From: a virus
Length of the DNA stretch: 64,000 nt
Reading direction: 5' to 3' (one strand)
IMG/VR virus record: IMGVR_UViG_3300044816_000098
Coordinates: 32,001-96,000 of that record
The position numbers and the translations under genes are program-made. The notes beneath the pieces were generated by a model that saw only the letters and a program-made list of their open reading frames with translations, did not search any database and was not told where the DNA came from. This document shows, piece after piece, positions 19,944-27,455 of the stretch. Each line of letters starts with the position of its first letter. Position 1 is the stretch's first letter.

Positions 19944-20612
19944 ATGTCCAGGACGTCATTGCCGATGTACAGCTTCGACTCGAATACCGGTGTCGTGACC
20001 GTAAACAGCGGTGTGGGCTACCACAGCAGCCACATCACGTACACGGCGGACACCAACATCAACGCGTTCCAGCCGTCGTACCCCAGTCCTGCCGAGCAGG
20101 CCCCGAAGAAAGAAGAGGTCTCTATGCGCACCTACCAGATCGAGTTCAACAGTTCGAAGCCCAACGAGGTCGTCGAGGGCGTTCACCAGGTCGTCACAGA
20201 CAACGGCATGATCGCCTTCTACGGTGAGGACCGCCGGGTCCTGCGCTCCTTCCTGGTGACCGGCATCTTCGCCTACGGCGTCGTGGCCGACCCGGAGAAG
20301 CTCGTCGTCGGGAAGTACCTCTTCACGCTGCACCTGATCGACAACGCCACCAAGACGGTCGCGGCGGACACCTACGTGATCACCAAGAGCGGCGACGAGG
20401 GCAGCTCGGTCTACGAGTTCTTCACCTCGCTCTCCGAGCAGGGAACCAAGACCCGCAGCGAGCTGGCCATCCCGTACGGTGCGGTCAAGTACGTCGAGCG
20501 CGTCGACCCGGAGAAGGCCCAGACCGCCGCCGTGGACTCGCCGAGGACCGGCGGTCGTCTCATGGACACCGAGGACTACGGCGACGCCGCCCGGCCCCCG
20601 GCCAAGCGCTAG
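19944..20612 (+). CDS. hypothetical protein (start uncertain; alternative 20124)
   Basis: ORF with codon bias. Confidence 0.7.
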   Translation: MSRTSLPMYSFDSNTGVVTVNSGVGYHSSHITYTADTNINAFQPSYPSPAEQAPKKEEVSMRTYQIEFNSSKPNEVVEGVHQVVTDNGMIAFYGEDRRVLRSFLVTGIFAYGVVADPEKLVVGKYLFTLHLIDNATKTVAADTYVITKSGDEGSSVYEFFTSLSEQGTKTRSELAIPYGAVKYVERVDPEKAQTAAVDSPRTGGRLMDTEDYGDAARPPAKR

Positions 20613-20686
20613 TCCCTACCCCCTGCACGATGCGGGCCGGTACCCATCCCGGGTACCGGCCCGCCGTGCGTCTGAGAGGAGCACAC

Positions 20687-21175
20687 ATGGCCGTGTTCAG
20701 CCGCAGAGAAGAGGTCTCCCGCAAGGTGATCTTCTTCGTTCTGTCGCCGACCAACTTCGCCGAGTTCGACAAGGCCATGACGGCCGCGACCCGGGAACTC
20801 TCCGAGAAGAGGAAGAGCCTCTTCGACGACTCGTTGGCGGTCGAGGCTCATGATGATGAGATCCACATCTCCTACACGGAGAAGGTGGATCTTCCGGCGC
20901 CCAAGTCGCAGGGCCAGATTATGAAGGAGGCGGAGGAGGCCGCTCAGCTCGACTCGGTGATCTTCCATATCTACTTCGCCAGCGGCAAGTGGAAGAAGCG
21001 GACCGAGAGCCTGAGCGACCGGGACAAGGAAGCTGCCGCGCAGGCGGTGGAGCGGCACATCGACACGATGCGCAACCACCTGTACGACAACGCCGGAAGG
21101 ATCCACCAGGACACCGTGCTGGACAACCCCGACGTCATGGAGCAGAACCTCCGCTGGTGGGAGCCGGAGGTATGA
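20687..21175 (+). CDS. hypothetical protein
   Basis: GAGGAG RBS. Confidence 0.75.
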   Translation: MAVFSRREEVSRKVIFFVLSPTNFAEFDKAMTAATRELSEKRKSLFDDSLAVEAHDDEIHISYTEKVDLPAPKSQGQIMKEAEEAAQLDSVIFHIYFASGKWKKRTESLSDRDKEAAAQAVERHIDTMRNHLYDNAGRIHQDTVLDNPDVMEQNLRWWEPEV

Positions 21176-21348
21176 GGCGCCTGATCGCCCGCTTCTGGTA
21201 CGAGCGCCGGAACCGCTGTCCCTGGGCGTGCAACGAGATGCACACCGAGACGGGCTTCTGTCTGATCGCCCAGCAGCGCGAGCGGGATAAGCGGGTCTCG
21301 GTCCTCGAAGGGGCCCTGGAGTACATCAAGCGCAACAAGCTGTCCTGA
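21172..21348 (+). CDS. small hypothetical protein
   Basis: GGAGG RBS, ATGA overlap. Confidence 0.6.
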   Translation: MRRLIARFWYERRNRCPWACNEMHTETGFCLIAQQRERDKRVSVLEGALEYIKRNKLS

Positions 21349-21350
21349 GC

Positions 21351-21379
21351 TTGTACTACTGCAATCGCAGGAGTAGAGT
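21351..21379 (+). promoter_or_regulatory. repeated promoter-operator
   Basis: TTGTAC-17bp-TAGAGT. Confidence 0.85.
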
Positions 21380-21411
21380 TCCCGCATCACCTGACTCCCC
21401 TGGAGGAAGAC

Positions 21412-21945
21412 ATGAAGAGAGCATTCGACTTCTGGGCCGCATCCGACCTTGCGGCCAAGGGCCATGAAGGCCAGATCGACAAGCTGGGGGTGCCGTACAT
21501 ACAGCACCCTCGTGAGGTCGCCCTCGGTGTCCTCCAGTTCGGGGAGGACCATGGCATCGTCGCCCTCCTGCATGACCTCGTGGAGGACACAGAGATCACC
21601 CTGGAGGATCTGCGCCAGATGGGCCTGTCGGCGCCCTGCACAGTGGCTGTGGGCCTCCTGACGAAGGAGAAGGGGGAGCGGTCCCAGGACTACCTGATGC
21701 GGATCGCGGCGTACCCCATGGCCTGCCGGGTGAAGATCGCGGACAACGCGCACAACACCCTGCCGGAGCGGACGGCCAAGCTGGCTGAGACGGCGGACCA
21801 GGCGACGATCGACCGGCTCGGGCGCAAGTACCGGCAGGCCCAGGACATCCTGTGGGCCGCGATGCCGTACACCGAGGTCAAGGCCATCCTGAAGGTCATG
21901 AACCCGGACCTGATCGAGCGCCTGCGTGAGGTGTCGTTCCGGTGA
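21412..21945 (+). CDS. HD-domain hydrolase, SpoT/Mesh1 small alarmone hydrolase-like
   Basis: HEGQIDKLGVPYIQHP, LLHDLVEDT, VKIADNAHN. Confidence 0.85.
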   Translation: MKRAFDFWAASDLAAKGHEGQIDKLGVPYIQHPREVALGVLQFGEDHGIVALLHDLVEDTEITLEDLRQMGLSAPCTVAVGLLTKEKGERSQDYLMRIAAYPMACRVKIADNAHNTLPERTAKLAETADQATIDRLGRKYRQAQDILWAAMPYTEVKAILKVMNPDLIERLREVSFR

Positions 21946-22064
21946 GCAGGCGGGCGTGGGCCTTTGCCCTGAGCTTCAGTCTGCTGATCTGGGGCAGCAT
22001 AGGGGCCCTGATCTGCGCGTTCGTGTGAGCCATGGAGCCCCCGGAGAAATCCGGGGGCTCCTGC

Positions 22065-22093
22065 TTGTACTCCGGCAATTGCAGGAGTAGAGT
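22065..22093 (+). promoter_or_regulatory. repeated promoter-operator
   Basis: TTGTAC-17bp-TAGAGT after hairpin 22034-22061. Confidence 0.85.
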
Positions 22094-22134
22094 CTCTCTT
22101 GTCACCAAGGAACACCGACTCTCCGGAGGTCCCC

Positions 22135-22446
22135 ATGGCTCTCAGCTCCTTGAACCGCACCCGCGTCATCGCCGCCATGAAGGCGAAGGTCCCCTTCGAG
22201 TACTCGTCCATCTCCGGATGGACGGCGAGGGGTGACGGAGACCTGCGGACCGGCGACCTGCCGGAGCCCTACCTCCAGATGCTGCTGAGCGCGGACAAGG
22301 CGGGAGAGGTGGAGTTCGTGGTCATGTCGTACCGCACGCCGATCGCCTGGATCCTGAAGAACGGCCTCGTCATGGTCCCGGAGGTCACCTACTCCTTCAC
22401 CACGAGCCAGCACCAGCGGATCGTGGAAGAGACCCTCTGCCGGTAG
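22135..22446 (+). CDS. hypothetical phage protein
   Basis: VMSYRTPIAW..YSFTTSQHQ; leader motif. Confidence 0.8.
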   Translation: MALSSLNRTRVIAAMKAKVPFEYSSISGWTARGDGDLRTGDLPEPYLQMLLSADKAGEVEFVVMSYRTPIAWILKNGLVMVPEVTYSFTTSQHQRIVEETLCR

Positions 22447-22449
22447 AGC

Positions 22450-22478
22450 TTGTACTCCTGCGATCCTTGTAGTAGCGT
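22450..22478 (+). promoter_or_regulatory. repeated promoter-operator
   Basis: TTGTAC-17bp-TAGCGT. Confidence 0.85.
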
Positions 22479-22514
22479 CTTCTCCAACAGCACAATGACT
22501 CCCCGGAGGCTCAC

Positions 22515-23129
22515 ATGACGAACATCAACGAATGCCGCGACCGGCTCCGCAATCTGGCCGCCCAGCTCATCGACGCGGACGGCACCTCCACCGCAGCCCT
22601 CGTCCAGGCGGCCGTTGCCCTGGAAGAGGCCATGGTCGAGCAGGAGGAGTCCACGGCCTACCGCCGGTTGCAGGAGTTCCTCCGCCAGCACCAGGTGGCC
22701 AAAGCCCAGTACCTGAACCGCAAGCGGGACTTCTCGCCGGGCGCCCAGGACGACCAGATCCACGTCCTGCACCATGACAAGTACGTCGGTGCCGTCTCGC
22801 TGCGTTACTCCGACCTGGAAGAAGTGGTCGGCATCTCGCAGCGGGACACCAAGGCCGAGTACTACGGCCTCCAGCGGCAGCGGCTGGCGAAGGTCCTGGC
22901 GGCCAACCCCAGGCTGACGGACAAGCAGAAGCTCGCGCTGGAGATGGTGGCCGAGGGCAAGGTCACGTACATGTACGGCGTCCGGGACCACCGCCGGTCC
23001 TTCAACGGGCTGGACCAGAGCGGAGTCTCCGCCCAGACCATCACGGGCCTGGAGACGCGAGGCATCCTGACCACGATGTCCGATCACTCCCACTCGGGCC
23101 ACATGAGCATCGCCCGGGTCAAGAGCTGA
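22515..23129 (+). CDS. hypothetical protein (possible C-terminal wHTH)
   Basis: LTDKQKLALEMV..TITGLETRGIL. Confidence 0.75.
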   Translation: MTNINECRDRLRNLAAQLIDADGTSTAALVQAAVALEEAMVEQEESTAYRRLQEFLRQHQVAKAQYLNRKRDFSPGAQDDQIHVLHHDKYVGAVSLRYSDLEEVVGISQRDTKAEYYGLQRQRLAKVLAANPRLTDKQKLALEMVAEGKVTYMYGVRDHRRSFNGLDQSGVSAQTITGLETRGILTTMSDHSHSGHMSIARVKS

Positions 23130-23277
23130 TGGCCAACCTCTCCGAGGTCGACAGGGCGGCGCAGGTCCACCAAGAGGAACTGCGCCGTCTTGTCCAGGAC
23201 CCCACACCCGAAGCCGCCGCTGATCTGTTGGAGCAGTGGGACGGCTACTACAACCGCGAAGACGCCTGGAGGGCGAA

Positions 23278-23796
23278 ATGACGATGACCCGTGAGCAGTT
23301 CATGGCGGACATGCGGCACCAGTGGATGAACCGGATGGATCCGCACAAGTTCCAGGGCTTCGAGGGGGACGAGTACAACGCGTGGCTGGAGCACCGGCAC
23401 GCCTGGCCGATCGACGAGGACGGGCGCTGTGCCCCCTCGGTGGTCCTGTCGATGCAGGACGGGGGAGGGGACTTCTCGGCCGAGGAGTGCACGGTCTGCA
23501 TGCGCCTGGCGGACCTGTACCGCATCTACACCAGCGGCCACAAGGAGGAGTGTCTCGACCAGCAGGCGGGGGAGATCACGATCACGCGGCTGGGAGACGA
23601 CTCGGTCGCCTTTCACTTCCCCAACGGCGTGGGGGACCTCGCGCCCCCGGTGGACCTGGTGCTGAGCAAGACCGAGTACGACGTGTTCAACCGCGCCCAC
23701 ACCCGCTTCCTGCGCACGGACGCGCTGATGCTGACCAAGGCACTCGTGGGCGAGGTCCGCAAGGGCTTCAAGCAGTTGTGGGCGGAGGGCAAGTGA
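23278..23796 (+). CDS. hypothetical protein
   Basis: GGAGG RBS. Confidence 0.75.
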   Translation: MTMTREQFMADMRHQWMNRMDPHKFQGFEGDEYNAWLEHRHAWPIDEDGRCAPSVVLSMQDGGGDFSAEECTVCMRLADLYRIYTSGHKEECLDQQAGEITITRLGDDSVAFHFPNGVGDLAPPVDLVLSKTEYDVFNRAHTRFLRTDALMLTKALVGEVRKGFKQLWAEGK

Positions 23797-23972
23797 CCGA
23801 CGTGCCCCAGGACGGCGACGTTCTCTCGCTCACCCTCACCTACGACATCTTCGATGAGGTGGACGGCGAGTTCCGCGAGGTCGAGTACAGCGTCGAGGCC
23901 ACCCGCCAGGGCCTCGTCAGGGTCCTCCAGGCCATGGACGAGGCCAATGACGAGGAGGGGGCTGATGCCTGA
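23793..23972 (+). CDS. small acidic protein
   Basis: GTGA overlap. Confidence 0.65.
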   Translation: MTDVPQDGDVLSLTLTYDIFDEVDGEFREVEYSVEATRQGLVRVLQAMDEANDEEGADA

Positions 23973-24192
23973 GCCCATGAGGCCCTTCGGGGTCATCCTG
24001 ACGGAGCTGGTCGACGTGACCGAGCAGCTCAACGAGCTGAAGGCCCGGCACAGGGCGCTGGTCATCGAGGCGGACGAGCACGTGGTGGCCTTCGCGCCCG
24101 GGGCGACCCGGGCGAAGATCGCTGTCTTCGCAGATCTGTACCCCAGCACGATGTACCGCTGGTTGAAGAGTGCGGGGCACCCCGTCACCTAG
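23965..24192 (+). CDS. small HTH protein
   Basis: GATRAKIAVFADLYPSTMYRWLK. Confidence 0.7.
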   Translation: MPEPMRPFGVILTELVDVTEQLNELKARHRALVIEADEHVVAFAPGATRAKIAVFADLYPSTMYRWLKSAGHPVT

Positions 24193-24195
24193 GGG

Positions 24196-24224
24196 TTGTA
24201 CTCCAGGAATTCCCGTAGTAGCGT
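24196..24224 (+). promoter_or_regulatory. repeated promoter-operator driving the RAMP/array operon
   Basis: TTGTAC-TCCAGGAATTCCCGTAG-TAGCGT. Confidence 0.85.
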
Positions 24225-24263
24225 TCCACCTGCCAGAGAAACACCGACTCCAAGGAGGCCCAC

Positions 24264-24848
24264 ATGGGTAATCAGCTCAAGGTCCAGCTCACCCTCACCG
24301 GCACCGCACCGATCCTCATGCACAACGCGCGGCTGGCGGACCCGCTGGACAGCTACACCAAAATGCTCAAGGTGGTGTCATCCAAGCGGACCAAGACCGA
24401 CGACGACCACGAGGAGATGGCCCGCGTCGAGTTCCTTGGGGGCCTGTACTGCGACGACGTCATGGGTCCGTACATCCCGGGCGTCAACCTCCACCAGTGC
24501 CTGATCGAGGGAGCCAAGCTCACCCGGCGCGGTCGGCACGTGGAGCGCGGCGTGGTGGTCATGGAGGAACAGCTCCTCCTCGCATACAGCGGCCCCCGCA
24601 CGCCGGACGAGCTGTACGCGGACAAAAACTTCCGCTCGCGGCTCTCGGTGGGTGTCACCACCTCCCGCGTCATGCGGACCCGCCCGAAGTTCTCCTCGTG
24701 GGCCCTGGAGGCCAACCTCGTCGTGGACACCGGGCAGCTCGACCTCAACGACATCAACGAGATCAGCGAGACGGCCGGGATGATGATCGGCCTGGGCGAC
24801 TACCGCCCGCGCTACGGCCGGTTCGATGTCGTGGTGACGGAACTCTGA
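24264..24848 (+). CDS. minimal Cas7/RAMP-like RNA-binding protein (Vipr-like effector)
   Basis: LTLTGTAPILMH, PYIPGVNLHQCL and Gly-loop GLGDYRPRYGRF match RAMP hallmarks; immediately followed by GGY-NN arrays. Confidence 0.8.
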   Translation: MGNQLKVQLTLTGTAPILMHNARLADPLDSYTKMLKVVSSKRTKTDDDHEEMARVEFLGGLYCDDVMGPYIPGVNLHQCLIEGAKLTRRGRHVERGVVVMEEQLLLAYSGPRTPDELYADKNFRSRLSVGVTTSRVMRTRPKFSSWALEANLVVDTGQLDLNDINEISETAGMMIGLGDYRPRYGRFDVVVTEL

Positions 24849-25279
24849 CGTTCAGGGCAAGGCATGGCAAGGCTCGGTAGAGCTGGGCCAGGCTGGTCAA
24901 GGCAGGGTTCCCCATCAGGGCTTCACGGCGCTAGTGGGGGCGTTCAAGGCGGGGCGTGGCAAGGCACGGTACGGCACGGCGGGGCAAGGCAGGGTTCCCC
25001 TTCAGGATTTAAAAGTCCTGGAGGGGGCGCTCTGGGCGAGGCTTGACGGGGCTGGGTATGGCCAGGTCTGGCGGGGAAAGGCAAGGCAGGGTTCCCCTCC
25101 TCAGGATCACACCTGAGGAGGGGGCTTTGAGGCGGGGCATGGGCAGGACCAGGCGGGGCGCGGTGTGGCCGTGTAGGGCACGGCGTGGCAGGGTTCTTCT
25201 CCCTCTGGGTCAGACCAGGGGAGAGGGCAATCAAGGCGCGGCACGGCGCGGTTAGGCAAGGCAAGGCATGGCAGGGATC
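24849..25279 (+). ncRNA. guide-like array A: five GGY-NN pentamer tracts separated by hairpins
   Basis: Tracts start at 24856, 24948, 25035, 25131, 25235; the first four end GGCAG-GGTTC plus a GC hairpin, the fifth ends GGCAG-GGATC. Confidence 0.85.
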
Positions 25280-25302
25280 ACCACCGACTCACAGGAGGAA
25301 CG

Positions 25303-25881
25303 ATGAAGAAGTTCGAGGCCGAGGACCAACAGCCTCGGTGGGCACGGGTCTACAACGGCATCCGCGCCCTGAAGACCGGTGAGGCGGCCACCTATCACCA
25401 GCTCAGCGAGTGGGCAGGGGTGGATGTCACCGGGACCAACAGGGCCTGCGTCTACGAGGCGATCCGGTTCTTGCAGCGCAAGGACCACCGGACGCTCGCC
25501 TGTATCCCCACGGTGGGCTACATGGTGGTTCCGGCCAGTGCTCACGAGGATCTCGCCAAGAAGCACAACAAGAAGGCGGGTCGTCAGCTCCGCGAGGCCA
25601 TCGGCAAGGTCCAGTCGGCTGACCGGAACTACCTGACCCCGGCCGAGGCCCGGCGGATGGATTCCATGGAGGTGGACCTCTCCCGGCAGAGGCACATGAT
25701 CATCGGCCTGAGTCGGCGACTCGACAGGACCGAGACCGCCATCAAGGAGGCCCGCCAGCGCGACCGCGAGGCCAAGGGCACCATCGCTCAGCTCTCCGAG
25801 GAGAAGGACGCTCTGGCCACCGAGGTGCGCGAGCGCCTGGCGCGCCTGGAGCAGGTCCTCCTGGACCGCACGGCGGCCTGA
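25303..25881 (+). CDS. accessory protein: wHTH-like N-terminus plus coiled coil
   Basis: ATYHQLSEWAG..VYEAIRFL..PTVGYMVV then heptad-rich C-terminus; AGGAGG RBS; lies between the arrays. Confidence 0.75.
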   Translation: MKKFEAEDQQPRWARVYNGIRALKTGEAATYHQLSEWAGVDVTGTNRACVYEAIRFLQRKDHRTLACIPTVGYMVVPASAHEDLAKKHNKKAGRQLREAIGKVQSADRNYLTPAEARRMDSMEVDLSRQRHMIIGLSRRLDRTETAIKEARQRDREAKGTIAQLSEEKDALATEVRERLARLEQVLLDRTAA

Positions 25882-25889
25882 TCCCCAGA

Positions 25890-26136
25890 CTTCTTGGGCA
25901 CGGCTCGGCTCGGTAGGGCCAGGCGTGGCACGGCAAGGCGCGGCAGGGTTCCCGCCCTGGGGATCACACCTCAGGGCGGGGCGTTCCGTGGCAAGGCAAC
26001 GCAAGGCGGGCCGGGGCGCGGTGGGGCAAGGTACGGCTTGGCATGGCGAGGTTCCCCACCAGCACTTCACGGTGCTGGTGGGGGCGTTCAGGGTTAGGCA
26101 GGGCTGGGCTGGACAAGGTAAGGCAGGACATGGGAG
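25890..26136 (+). ncRNA. guide-like array B: three GGY-NN pentamer tracts
   Basis: Tracts start at 25897, 25990, 26092; hairpins at 25951-25980 and 26054-26083. Confidence 0.85.
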
Positions 26137-26173
26137 GAGACCCCGCAGGTCAGATGACTTGCGGGGTCTCTTC
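26137..26173 (+). terminator. terminator hairpin closing the array operon
   Basis: GAGACCCCGCAGGTCA-GA-TGACTTGCGGGGTCTC-TTC. Confidence 0.7.
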
Positions 26174-26184
26174 ATGCAGCGGGG

Positions 26185-26213
26185 TTGTACTCCTGCAATC
26201 CTTGTAGTAGCTT
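26185..26213 (+). promoter_or_regulatory. repeated promoter-operator
   Basis: TTGTAC-17bp-TAGCTT. Confidence 0.85.
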
Positions 26214-26254
26214 TCTCTTATCACCATGAACCACTGACTCCCCTGGAGGGTCAT

Positions 26255-26914
26255 ATGCAGGACGAGAACCCCATCGAGGCGGAGCAGCGCAGGCGCCAGG
26301 AGGCCCTGGACCAGGCGTGTGCTGACCGGTACCTCGCCATGCTGGAGGTCGAGCACGGGGACACCTTCCGGGAGGCCGTCAAAGAGGGTGAGGAGTACGA
26401 GCGCCGGAAGGAGGAGCTTCGCGCCCACATCCTGAAGACGTACGACGTGGGCGATTTCAACCAGGAGAACCTGCATGGTGATCCGCCTGCGCTCACTCCG
26501 GAACAGGCCGAGAAGCTCCAGAAGGCGGCCAAGCGGGTGGCGGATACAGCCCGCAAGCACCTGTATGAGCAGACGCTCTCTCCGGAGGAAATCCGGGAGG
26601 ACTTCGTTCCCCGCATCGGTGGCTGGACGCCCGGCAGGCACAAGCCGGAGACCCACGAGGGCCTGCTCTTCGAGCTGGAGGCGGAGCGGGCCATGTTCCT
26701 CGGCAAGGGCGCGCCCAAGGATCCGGACCCCGACCTCCAGGCCCTGCACCAGGAGCTGCATCAGCTCCACGTGACCTACCAGCGCACGGGGGACCGCTCC
26801 CTGTTGCTCCCGATCGCAGACCTGACCGCGCGGTACAACGCGCTGATCAAGCCGAAGCCCCGGATGGACAAGCCGAAGAACCCCAACCCCTTCCCCCGCT
26901 TCACCGTCGACTAG
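26255..26914 (+). CDS. hypothetical protein
   Basis: Leader motif and RBS. Confidence 0.75.
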   Translation: MQDENPIEAEQRRRQEALDQACADRYLAMLEVEHGDTFREAVKEGEEYERRKEELRAHILKTYDVGDFNQENLHGDPPALTPEQAEKLQKAAKRVADTARKHLYEQTLSPEEIREDFVPRIGGWTPGRHKPETHEGLLFELEAERAMFLGKGAPKDPDPDLQALHQELHQLHVTYQRTGDRSLLLPIADLTARYNALIKPKPRMDKPKNPNPFPRFTVD

Positions 26915-26949
26915 ACCCCATCACGCTCAACGACTCCCTGGAGGTCTCC

Positions 26950-27417
26950 ATGGACCCTCTCGTCCTCCCCGTCGCCCTCGGTGCCGGGATCCCGTCCTAC
27001 CTCGTCGTAGGCGCCCTCACAGCTCGCCGCGCCTACCGCCAGATGTCCGCCGAGTGGTACGAGGAAATGATCCAGAAGTGCCTGACGAAGTGGCGCTGCA
27101 CGGAGATCTCCGCAGAGGGCATGCAGAAGATCGACGACACCTTCCGGGACGACGGATCCACGGAGGCGGTCTTCGGAGCCCTGCTCTCGGGAGCCCTGTG
27201 GCCGATCACCTGGGTGTGGGGCTTCATCTTCGGCACCCGCATCCCGACCGGCCTGGAGGCGGACACCCGCAAGGCGGTGGAGAACGCCGAACTGCGCAGG
27301 AAGATCCAGCGCCTGGAGCGGGAGGTGGACGACGACCTCCAGGACCAGCTCTCCACGGCGGAGGCTGCCCGTCAGGCCGCCCGCAAGGCCCAGCGCAAGG
27401 CCCTTCGCGACAACTGA
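26950..27417 (+). CDS. membrane protein with coiled coil (paralog 1)
   Basis: Two TM segments, LWP, EADTRKAVENAELRRKI. Confidence 0.8.
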   Translation: MDPLVLPVALGAGIPSYLVVGALTARRAYRQMSAEWYEEMIQKCLTKWRCTEISAEGMQKIDDTFRDDGSTEAVFGALLSGALWPITWVWGFIFGTRIPTGLEADTRKAVENAELRRKIQRLEREVDDDLQDQLSTAEAARQAARKAQRKALRDN

Positions 27418-27455
27418 CCACATCCCGCATACCCATGACTCCCCAGGAGGCATCC

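Noticed and set aside
24948-24992. Guide A2 decodes to G-V-(K/N)-T-T-T-G, reminiscent of KGGVGKTTT
   Set aside because: It lacks two Gly codons of the Walker A motif and would need unit deletions, so it is not supportable.
25897-25946. Concatenated B1 dinucleotides (reverse complement CTGCTTGTACTGCTGAGAGT) match the phage promoter GCTTGTACTCCTG at 12 of 13 bases
   Set aside because: This needs ungapped reading, which conflicts with the stronger gapped decoding of B2, and it covers only part of the guide. Treated as probable coincidence, though cheap to test.
24849-26136. Short Gly/Arg/Ala-rich ORFs over the GGY-NN arrays (e.g. 24864, 24934, 25043, 25894, 25252-)
   Set aside because: These are artefacts of 5-nt periodic G-rich sequence. 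They have no RBS, and the period is incompatible with codon structure.
24849-26136. Calling the arrays a CRISPR array or a plain microsatellite
   Set aside because: There are no identical 25-40 bp repeats with unique spacers and no cas1/2. Variation is concentrated in two of every five positions and the units have ordered linkers and hairpins, unlike slippage microsatellites.
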